This document shows, piece after piece, positions 1 through 8,111 of a stretch of DNA of 64,000 nucleotides. The stretch lies in the NCBI GenBank assembly GCA_964466945.1, contig CAYXPA010000007.1:233-64232 (forward strand), in the 5' to 3' direction. The translations under genes and the position numbers were made by a program. Under the pieces are notes generated by a model that made no database searches, had not been told where the DNA came from, and saw only the letters and a list, made by a program, of their open reading frames with translations. The DNA comes from an uncultured Verrucomicrobiota bacterium (lineage in GTDB: Bacteria > Verrucomicrobiota > Verrucomicrobiia > Limisphaerales > J093). The stretch's first letter is position 1. Each line of letters starts with the position of its first letter.

Positions 1-780
1 CAGCAATCGGCTGCCGAGCCGATTCGGCGAGCGCACGCGCCCCCGCGGGCTGCCGGTGGCGCCCGTAGCGAGGTTTCCAACCTGCTGTACCGCCGACTTC
101 CAGTCGGCCCCGGCGCGTGGTTCGCCCGGCCCCGGCGGGTTGGAAACCCGCGATACGGCAGACCAGAGGTCTGCGCTACGACGCCAGAGCGCCGCGCATA
201 AGCGCCGGCCAGCCGGCGCACTCCAAGCGCTCCGCGACTGACCGGGCGCTCGACTTGCGCGCCAGCGTGTGGAGTGCGGCCGCTTGCGGCCGCTTTTTCT
301 TTTCTACTCGGGTGGCACGGCCTACCCGGCCGTTGTCAGCGGCCACCTGCCGCCGACCCGGTTGGGGGAGCGCCCGCGCCCCCGCGGGCTGCCGGTGGCG
401 CCCGTAGCGAGGTTTCCAACCTGCTGTACCGCCGACTTCCAGTCGGCCCCGGCGCGTGGTTCGCCCGGCCCCGGCGGGTTGGAAACCCGCGATACGGCAG
501 ACCAGAGGTCTGCGCTACGACGCCAGAGCGCCGCGCATAAGCGCCGGCCAGCCGGCGCACTCCACACGCTTCGCGAGGTAGGGCGCCGCAGCCCCAGCGC
601 CGCCCCACGGCCGCGCCGCAGCGCGGCCCTACCGACTGCCGGTATCTGGCATCTGGTATCCGGTATCCGGCATCCGCATTCTCACTTCTGACTTCTGACT
701 CCTGTCTTCTCCAACAGCCCGCGCACTCCACACGCTCCGCGAGGTAGGCCGCCGCTGCGCCGGCGCCGTGGGCAGCGGCC
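1..780. repeat. Composite REP/REPIN array with a ~339-bp tandem duplication and heptamer repeats
   Basis: GTAGCGAGGTTTCCAACCTGC...CTGCGCTAC module at 65 and again at 404; GCACTCCA modules; GGGTGGCACGGCC module near 310; ATCTGGC/ATCCGGT and CTGACTT heptamers at ~640-700. Confidence 0.85.
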
Positions 781-905
781 CGCCGCATCCGGGGATTGTC
801 GCGCGATGCCGTTGCGGTATGCTTGTGGTCCGGCGCGCCCGCGTTGGCGCGGGTGGCGCCGGGCCGCGCCCGGGATGGGCCGCGACAATACGTCTGGAAA
901 CCATC

Positions 906-3617
906 GTGAAACCGACCGCCCTTGATTCTGCCCCGGTGTCCGCCCCGGCGGGCCCCGCGCCGGACCCGGCCACGGCCGGGGCCTGGTTCGAGGCTTACGG
1001 CCGCCTGCTGGAATTGACCCTGCGCACGCAGGACCCCCCGCAAGCGCGCCGGCGGCTGAGCGAGTTGTTGGTCCGCCTGCGCCGGGCCGGGTTGCCCGTG
1101 CCGGACATCACCAGCACGCCGTACGTGAACACCATCCCGCGGGCGGAACAACCGCCCATGCCCGGTGACCGCGAACTGGAACGGCGCATCAAGAGCCTGG
1201 TCCGCTGGAACGCCATGGCCATGGTGGTGCGGGCCAACTCGACCACCAATGTCGGCGGCCACATCTCGACCTACGCCTCGTGCGCGACGCTGTACGAGGT
1301 GGGCTTCAACCACTTTTTCCGCGGCGCCGGCGCCGGGCATCCGGCGGACGTGGTGTACTTCCAAGGGCACGCCTCGCCGGGCGTGTACGCGCGGGCCTTC
1401 CTCGAGGGCCGCTTGGACGAGCATCACTTGGAGCATTTCCGCCAGGAACTGGCCGAGGGCGGCGGGCTTTCCTCCTACCCGCATCCGTTTTTGATGCCGG
1501 GTTTCTGGCAGTTCCCCACCGTCTCGATGGGGCTGGGCCCGATCATGTCCATCTACCAGGCCCGGTTCATCCGCTACCTGCGGGCGCGCGGCTTCCTCTC
1601 CGGCCCGGAGCCGCGGGTGTGGTGTTTTGTGGGCGACGGCGAGACCGACGAGCCCGAGACGCTCGGCTCGTTGACGCTGGCGGCGCGGGAGCACCTGGAC
1701 AACCTGACCTGGGTGGTCAACTGCAACCTCCAGCGCCTGGACGGCCCGGTGCGCGGCAACGGCAAGATCATCCAGGAACTCGAGGCGGTCTTCCGCGGCG
1801 CCGGCTGGCACGTCATCAAGGTCATCTGGGGCAGCGACTGGGACCCGCTGCTGGAGGCCGATGCGACCGGCAGGCTGGTCCAGCGCATGGAAGAGGCCGT
1901 GGACGGCGATTACCAGAAGTACTCGGTCGAGCCGGGCAGTTACACCCGCAAACATTTCTTCGGCCGGTACCCCGAGTTGCTCGAGCTGGTGAACCACCTG
2001 ACCGATGAGCAAATCCGGCGCCTGACCCGTGGCGGGCATGACCCGGAGAAGGTCTATGCCGCCTACCGGGCGGCGGTCGAGCATCGCGGCCAGCCCACCG
2101 TGATCCTGGCCAAGACCATCAAGGGCTACGGCCTGGGCGAGGCGGGCGAGGGCCGCAACATCACCCACCAGCAGAAAAAACTGAACGAAAAAGAGCTGCG
2201 CGAGTTTCGCACCCGCTTCGGCGTTCCGATCAGCGACGAGGAAATCGCCGAGATGCCGTTCTACCGGCCGCCCGAGGACGCGCCGGAGATGATCTACCTC
2301 AAGGAACGCCGCCGCGAGTTGGGCGGCTTCCTTCCCGAGCGGCGGGTCACCGCCCCGCCCCTCGAGGTGCCGGGCGCGGACTTCTTCGCCGAGCTGGAAC
2401 GCGGCTCGGGCAAGATGGCAGTGTCCACCACCATGGCCTTCGTGCGGCTGTTGAGCATGTTGATCCGCCACCAGGGCGTGGGCCGGCACGTGGTGCCCAT
2501 CATTCCGGACGAGGCGCGCACCTTCGGCATGGACGCGTTGTTCCGGGAGGTGGGCATTTACGCGCCGCACGGCCAACTCTACGAGCCGGTGGACAGCAAG
2601 TCCCTGCTCTACTACCACGAAACGAAGGACGGCCAGATTCTCGAAGAAGGCATCACCGAAGCCGGCTCGATGGCCAGCTTCATCGCCGCCGGCACCGCCT
2701 ACGCCACGCACGGGGTGAACATGATCCCGTTCTACATCTACTACTCGATGTTCGGCTTCCAGCGCGTGGGCGACCTGATGTGGTTGAGCGGCGACATCCG
2801 GGCCAAGGGCTTCCTGCTCGGGGCCACCGCCGGCCGCACCACCCTCAACGGCGAGGGCCTCCAGCATCAGGACGGCCACAGTCTGCTCCACGCCAGCACC
2901 ATTCCCACCCTGCTGGCCTACGACCCGGCCTTCGCCTACGAACTGGCGGTCATCATCGCCGACGGCCTCGAACGCATGTTCGCCCGCGGCGAAGAGGTCT
3001 TTTACTACCTGGCCCTCTACAACGAAAACTACGCCATGCCGCCCCTGCCCGAGGGCGTGCGCGAGGGCATCCTCAAAGGGCTGTACCGCTTCAAGCCGGG
3101 CCCCGACGGCCTCCCGCACAAGGCGCATCTGCTGGGCAGCGGTCCGCTCCTCAACGAGGCCCTCCGCGCCCAAACCCTCCTGGCCGAGCACTACGGCGTC
3201 TCTGCGGATGTCTGGAGCGCCACCAGTTACAAGCTGCTCCGCTACGACGCGCTCGAGGCCGAACGCTGGAACCGCCTCCACCCCGAAGCCCCGCCCCGCC
3301 GGCCCTACGTCCAGACCCTGCTCGAGGCCGAGTCCGGCCCCTTCGTGGCCGTCTCGGACAACATCCGCGCCGTCCCCGACCAGATCGCCCCCTGGGTGCC
3401 CGGCGGCCTGACCACGCTGGGGACCGACGGCTTCGGGCGCAGCGACACCCGGCCGCGCCTGCGGCGCTTCTTCGAGGTGGACGCCGAGTGCATCACCGTG
3501 GCCACGCTCCACGCCCTGGTCCGCCGCGGCGCCGTGCCGCCCGCGCTGGTCACCCGCGCCCTCCGCGATCTGGACCTGAACCCGGAAAAAACCCATCCCG
3601 AACTGATCACCCTCTGA
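906..3617 (+). CDS. aceE: Pyruvate dehydrogenase E1 component (homodimeric AceE type)
   Basis: VGGHISTYAS, FQGHASPG, FPTVSMGLG, TPP-binding GDGE...N (VGDGETDEPE...NCNLQRLDG), LQHQDG, TDGFGRSD; GTG at 906 chosen as likely start inside ORF 768..3617. Confidence 0.95.
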   Translation: MKPTALDSAPVSAPAGPAPDPATAGAWFEAYGRLLELTLRTQDPPQARRRLSELLVRLRRAGLPVPDITSTPYVNTIPRAEQPPMPGDRELERRIKSLVRWNAMAMVVRANSTTNVGGHISTYASCATLYEVGFNHFFRGAGAGHPADVVYFQGHASPGVYARAFLEGRLDEHHLEHFRQELAEGGGLSSYPHPFLMPGFWQFPTVSMGLGPIMSIYQARFIRYLRARGFLSGPEPRVWCFVGDGETDEPETLGSLTLAAREHLDNLTWVVNCNLQRLDGPVRGNGKIIQELEAVFRGAGWHVIKVIWGSDWDPLLEADATGRLVQRMEEAVDGDYQKYSVEPGSYTRKHFFGRYPELLELVNHLTDEQIRRLTRGGHDPEKVYAAYRAAVEHRGQPTVILAKTIKGYGLGEAGEGRNITHQQKKLNEKELREFRTRFGVPISDEEIAEMPFYRPPEDAPEMIYLKERRRELGGFLPERRVTAPPLEVPGADFFAELERGSGKMAVSTTMAFVRLLSMLIRHQGVGRHVVPIIPDEARTFGMDALFREVGIYAPHGQLYEPVDSKSLLYYHETKDGQILEEGITEAGSMASFIAAGTAYATHGVNMIPFYIYYSMFGFQRVGDLMWLSGDIRAKGFLLGATAGRTTLNGEGLQHQDGHSLLHASTIPTLLAYDPAFAYELAVIIADGLERMFARGEEVFYYLALYNENYAMPPLPEGVREGILKGLYRFKPGPDGLPHKAHLLGSGPLLNEALRAQTLLAEHYGVSADVWSATSYKLLRYDALEAERWNRLHPEAPPRRPYVQTLLEAESGPFVAVSDNIRAVPDQIAPWVPGGLTTLGTDGFGRSDTRPRLRRFFEVDAECITVATLHALVRRGAVPPALVTRALRDLDLNPEKTHPELITL

Positions 3618-3642
3618 GGCCGTGCCCCGGCCGCTCCCACCC

Positions 3643-4491
3643 ATGCCCCCCCCCCGCACCGACGACGCCACCATGGCGGTGTTCCTGGACCTGGAAAACA
3701 TCGCCCTCGGCGCCCAGGACGCCCACTACCCGCGCTTCGACATCCGCAAGGTGCTTGAGCGCCTCCTGCTCAAGGGCCACATCGTGGTCAAAAAGGCTTA
3801 CTGCGACTTCGATCGCTACAAGGCCTTCAAACGCGACCTCCACGAGGCCGCCTTCGAACTCATCGAAATCCCCCACGTCCGCCAGTCCGGCAAAAACTCC
3901 GCCGACATCCGCATGGTCGTGGACGCCCTGGACCTCTGCTACACCAAGGGCCACGTGGACACCTTCGTCATCATCAGCGGCGACTCCGACTTCTCACCCC
4001 TGGTCTCCAAGCTGCGCGAAAACGCCAAAACCGTCATCGGCGTGGGCGTCAAAAACTCCACCGCCGACCTCTTCATCAGCAATTGCGACGAGTTCCTGTA
4101 CTACGACGACCTGGTGCGGGCCGAGCGTGCCCGGCCGCGGCGCCGCGAGCCGGCCGCCGCCACCCCCGCCGGCGGACGGCCCACCGCTCCCGCCGGGGCG
4201 GGCGAGGAAAGCGCCGCCGAGCCGCCCAAAAGCTCCAGCCTCTCGCCGGAAAAGGCCCTCGAACAGGTCCTCGAAACCTTCGAGGCCATCCGCGAAGAAC
4301 GCGACGAAGACGACCGCATCTGGGGCTCGATGATCAAACAGGCCCTCAAGCGCCGCAACCCGGGCTTCAACGAGCGCGCCCACGGCTTCCGCTCCTTCAA
4401 CGACATCCTCCTCGAGGCCCAAAAACGCGGCCTGCTCAAACTCGAGCACGACGAGAAATCCGGCGGCTACATCGTCTCGCCGGCCGAGTAA
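3643..4491 (+). CDS. NYN (LabA/DUF88, PIN-like) domain protein with C-terminal OST-HTH/LOTUS domain
   Basis: VFLDLEN, GKNSADIRMVVDA, IISGDSDF acidic motifs; C-terminal NPGFNERAHGFRSFNDIL. Confidence 0.9.
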   Translation: MPPPRTDDATMAVFLDLENIALGAQDAHYPRFDIRKVLERLLLKGHIVVKKAYCDFDRYKAFKRDLHEAAFELIEIPHVRQSGKNSADIRMVVDALDLCYTKGHVDTFVIISGDSDFSPLVSKLRENAKTVIGVGVKNSTADLFISNCDEFLYYDDLVRAERARPRRREPAAATPAGGRPTAPAGAGEESAAEPPKSSSLSPEKALEQVLETFEAIREERDEDDRIWGSMIKQALKRRNPGFNERAHGFRSFNDILLEAQKRGLLKLEHDEKSGGYIVSPAE

Positions 4492-4554
4492 GCGGCCCGG
4501 GCTTCGCAGCCTTGGGAGGCCGCGGGAGCTTGTCGGGCGGCGCGGGTGCCCGGC

Positions 4555-4992
4555 TCAGGCCGGCAGGTCCTGGCCGGTGGTGGTCACGGTCAACTTGCCG
4601 TGCTTGACGCCCCGGGCGGCGATGAGCTGGTCGGCGATGTGCTTGATCAGTCCGGCCCGCCCGCGCACGGCAAGCACCTCCAGGCAATTGTCGTGGTCCA
4701 GGTGCACGTGCAACGTGGCAAGGATTACCGCGTGATGGTCGTGCTGCAGGTCGGTGAGCGTGGCCTGGACGTGCGGCTGGTGGTGGTCGTACACCAGCGT
4801 GATGGTGCCGGCGATTTCCTGGTCGCCGTACTTCTGCCGGTGCTCGACCAGGTGGTCACGGACCATGTCCGCCACGGCCAGCGAACGGTTCGTGTACCCC
4901 TTCTCCCGCACCATCTGGTCAAGCTGGCGGGCCAGCAAGGCCGGCAAAGAGACACTGAAGCGCGTGACGGTCTCACGCCGCGGGCTTTTCAT
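4555..4992 (-). CDS. nikR: Nickel-responsive transcriptional regulator NikR
   Basis: Ribbon-helix-helix RFSVSL...GYTNRS; YDHH and HVHLDHDNCLEV nickel-binding residues. Confidence 0.93.
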   Translation of the reverse strand: MKSPRRETVTRFSVSLPALLARQLDQMVREKGYTNRSLAVADMVRDHLVEHRQKYGDQEIAGTITLVYDHHQPHVQATLTDLQHDHHAVILATLHVHLDHDNCLEVLAVRGRAGLIKHIADQLIAARGVKHGKLTVTTTGQDLPA

Positions 4993-5076
4993 GCCCCCAG
5001 CGTACCGGGGCGGCCGGCACCGTCAACGCGCCGGCCGGCGGTGCGCGCGGGCGCGCGGCGGGAGGGTCGCGCTGCG

Positions 5077-6480
5077 GAGGCGGCGATGGGTGCTGGCGTA
5101 GCGCAGACTTCCAGTCTGCCGTAGCGCGGGTTTCCAACCCGCCGGTGCGCGGCGTACCGCCCGCCGGGGCCGACTGGAAGTCCGCGATACAGCAGGTTGG
5201 AAACCTGCGCTACGAGGCCGGACCGACCGCGGGGGGCGCCGTCGGCAGCACGCGGGGGCGCGGGCGCTCCCCCGAACCGTGCGGCGGCAGGTGGCCGCTG
5301 CCTGCCGGCAGGCAGGCCGACAACGGCCGGGTTTGGCCGTGCCTCCCGCAGAAAAAAGCGGCAGCAAGCTGCCGCACTCCAAACGCTGGCGCGCGGGTCG
5401 AACGCCCGGTCAGTCGCGCAGCGTTTGGAATGCGCCGGCTTGCCGGCGCTGTCGGTAGGGCCGCGCTGCCGCGCGGCCGGGTGGGCGGCGCCGGCGCAGC
5501 GGCGCCCTACCTCGCGCAGCGTTTGGAGTGCGCCGACTGGTCGGCGCTGTGGGGTGGGGGCGGATGCCAGATGCCAGATACCAGATGCCGGATGCCGGAT
5601 GCCGGATGCCAGATACCGGATGCCGAATGCCGGAAGGCGGCGATGGGTGCTGGCGTAGCGCAGACTTCCAGTCTGCCGTAGCGCGGGTTTCCAACCCGCC
5701 GGTGCGCGGCGTACCGCCCGCCGGGGCCGACTGGAAGTCCGCGATACAGCAGGTTGGAAACCTGCGCTACGAGGCCGGACCGACCGCGGGGGGCGCCGTT
5801 GGCGGCGCGCGCGGGTGCGGGCGCTCGCCGAGCCGGGACGGTGGCAAGTTGCCGCTGAGGACGGCCTGGTAGGCCGTGCCTCCCGCAGAAAAAAGCGGCA
5901 GCAAGCTGCCGCACTCCACACGCTGGCGCGCGGGTCGAACGCCCGGTCAGTCGCGCAGCGTTTGGAATGCGCCGGCTTGCCGGCGCTGTCGGTAGGGCCG
6001 CGCTGCCGCGCGGCCGGGTGGGCGGCGCCGGCGCAGCGGCGCCCTACCTCGCGCAGCGTTTGGAGTGCGCCGACTGGTCGGCGCTGTGGGGTGGGGGCGG
6101 ATGCCAGATGCCAGATACCAGATGCCGGATGCCGGATGCCGGATGCCAGATACCGGATGCCGAATGCCGGAAGGCGGCGATGGGTGCTGGCGTAGCGCAG
6201 ACTTCCAGTCTGCCGTAGCGCGGGTTTCCAACCCGCCGGTGCGCGGCGTACCGCCCGCCGGGGCCGACTGGAAGTCCGCGATACAGCAGGTTGGAAACCT
6301 GCGCTACGAGGCCGGACCGACCGCGGGGGGCGCCGTCGGCAGCACGCGGGGGCGCGGGCGCTCCCCCGAACCGTGCGGCGGCAGGTGGCCGCTGCCTGCC
6401 GGCAGGCAGGCCGACAACGGCCGGGTTTGGCCGTGCCCCCGAGCAGAAAGCGGCAGCAAGCTGCCGCACTCCAAACGCTG
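5077..6480. repeat. Tandem REP mosaic array of ~2.5 units (557 bp, 537 bp, partial)
   Basis: GATGGGTGCTGGCGTAGCGCAGACTTCC anchor at 5085, 5642 and 6179; identical shadow ORFs 5410..5694 and 5947..6231 offset by 537. Confidence 0.92.
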
Positions 6481-6655
6481 ACGCGCCGGCAGGGCCGCGC
6501 TGCTTCCGGTGTCCGGTTTTTCAAACAGTCCGTTTGACAGTTTGGGCAGTTTGCCAGTCCGGGGCTTCTGGGCGCCGGCCGTGCGCCCGCCCGCCCCGGC
6601 CCCGGCCATTCACGAGTTATTCACCGCCCGCGGCGGGGTGCGGCGCGGCCGGGCG

Positions 6656-6695
6656 ATCGGGCGGATCCGACGGATCGGACGGATCCGACGGATCG
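6656..6695. repeat. 9-bp tandem repeat (ATCCGACGG/ATCGGACGG) x4
   Basis: ATCGGGCGG ATCCGACGG ATCGGACGG ATCCGACGG ATCG read directly. Confidence 0.9.
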
Positions 6696-6899
6696 CCAGC
6701 GCGGTGGATGGAGCGCGCGGTCCGCCGCGCAAGTCACGCGCTGCCAAGGGCTGCCACCGGCCAGGCCGCCGCCGCTGGTCGCGGGCGCGGCCCCGCCCCA
6801 AGCTGCGCCCGGGTCACGCCGGATGGCGGCGCGGGCGGCGCGGCGCGAGGGGCGGGCGGAGTTGTTCACCGGGGCATGGCGCGGGCAGGCGACCGCGGC

Positions 6900-6915
6900 T
6901 GGCATCGCCGCTGCT
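6900..6915 (+). promoter_or_regulatory. Putative sigma-54 -24/-12 promoter upstream of the pilin gene
   Basis: TGGCATCGCCGCTGCT = GG-N10-GC spacing, ~190 bp upstream of the pilin ATG; sigma-54 control of major pilins is common. Confidence 0.55.
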
Positions 6916-7103
6916 TGGGCTGGCAGGCGTTCCGCGGGCTGGGGCGAACCGCCGGTCGCGTGACCGGGCCGGTTGACCGCCGAGCCGGGCGGGACGGGAA
7001 AAAAATGTCTCCGGACCGGGGCCACGCCTTCCGCCGGGTGGCGGCGGGCGCCCACCATGGAAACCCGGCCGCGGTCAGGGGACGGAAACTACGGGAAACA
7101 CAC

Positions 7104-7694
7104 ATGAAGACAACCCAACGCCACAACAACCGGGCCGGCTTCACCCTCATCGAGATGGTGGGTGTGCTGGCGGTCATTGCCATCCTCGCGGCCCTCTTGG
7201 TGCCGAAAATCTTCGCGGCGATCAACGAGTCGCGGCTGAACAACGCCCTAGGCGGCATCAACACCTGCAAGACGGCGGCGATCCAGTACTTCACCAAGAA
7301 CGGATCCTTCCCCAGTGTAGACACTAGTGACTTTGACGGGACGCTCCTGACCCAAGGCTTTTTGGACAAGGAACTCGAAGTCAAATTGGGGACGGCGGCC
7401 GATTGCGAAATTGAAGCGACCACAAGTACTGGCGCTGCCGAGGGAGGGTCTGATGGCAACGGGCGTTTTGATCTGGACGGGGATGCGGCGGCAGATGTTC
7501 CGGAAAACGCCAGCGTGGTTCAAGTGGTACTCACGAACGTCAAGCCGGACGATGCGCGCGAACTGAGTTTGCGCCTTGATGGCTCGGACATGAGCGCGGG
7601 CGACACTTCCACAGCAGATAAAGAAGGCCGTGTGGCATACGCTACTCCCTCGGGTGGTTTGGCTACCGTGTACGTGTACCTCGCGCACAAGTAA
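7104..7694 (+). CDS. Type IV pilin, probable major subunit (196 aa precursor)
   Basis: Class III signal MKTTQRHNNRAG|FTLIEMVGVLAVIAILAALLVP with E at +5; own promoter and downstream terminator-like hairpin. Confidence 0.9.
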   Translation: MKTTQRHNNRAGFTLIEMVGVLAVIAILAALLVPKIFAAINESRLNNALGGINTCKTAAIQYFTKNGSFPSVDTSDFDGTLLTQGFLDKELEVKLGTAADCEIEATTSTGAAEGGSDGNGRFDLDGDAAADVPENASVVQVVLTNVKPDDARELSLRLDGSDMSAGDTSTADKEGRVAYATPSGGLATVYVYLAHK

Positions 7695-7855
7695 GCCGGA
7701 GGCGCCGGGGCGGGTCGGGTGACCGTTGGCCCCGGGCGCGCACCGGAATAACAACCCTCTCACAGAACGATGGAACAACGGCGGGCGGACGGGGCTAGCC
7801 GTCCGCCCGCCAAGTCCGCCCAGGGCCCCGCAAGGGGCGCTCACCTCACCATGAA

Positions 7856-7906
7856 CCCCCGGCCGGTCCATTCCGCCTCTGGCAACCGCGCCGGGGGATT
7901 GTTTTT
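7856..7906 (+). terminator. Putative intrinsic terminator between pilin and assembly ATPase
   Basis: CCCCCGGC...GCCGGGGG stem followed by ATTGTTTTT. Confidence 0.55.
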
Positions 7907-7909
7907 CAG

Positions 7910-8090
7910 GAGGCAGGAGGCCGGAGGCAGGAGGCCGGATGCCAGATACCGGATGCCAGATACCGGATGCCAGATACCGGATACCGGATACCGGATTCCG
8001 GAGGCCGGGGGACTGGCACACGGTAGGGCCGCGCTGCGGCGCGGCCGAGCAGGCGGCGCCGGCGCAGCGGCGCCCTACCCAAGCGCGGGC
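7910..8090. repeat. Heptamer run (GGAGGCC, GGATACC/AGATACC) plus GTAGGG REP doublet
   Basis: About 10 heptamers followed by GTAGGGCCGCGCTGC...GCAGCGGCGCCCTAC. Confidence 0.85.
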
Positions 8091-8111
8091 GGGCGTTAGG
8101 ATTTTGAGGCG

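Noticed and set aside
336-3701. 1121-aa minus-strand ORF and similar antisense ORFs (7248..9407, 17065..19374, 27951..30593, 30598..32991, 43880..46699, 46835..50164, 53987..56881, 57018..59354)
   Set aside because: Shadow frames of high-GC genes that have clear family motifs on the opposite strand
5077-6480. CRISPR array
   Set aside because: Units are 537-557 bp, the intervening sequences are themselves repeated rather than unique spacers, and no cas genes are present
4989-6524. Long ORFs in repeat arrays (e.g. 4989..6524 and the [12 protein letters not shown]-type ORFs at many loci)
   Set aside because: They are translations of GC-rich REP bricks and heptamers, open in several frames on both strands, with no RBS or protein-like composition
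6291-7103. N-terminal 271 codons of the 467-aa ORF as part of the pilin
   Set aside because: They run through REP and promoter DNA; the class III signal peptide defines the start at 7104
8016-8035. TGGCAC as a second sigma-54 promoter before the ATPase
   Set aside because: No GC at the -12 position; it abuts a REP doublet
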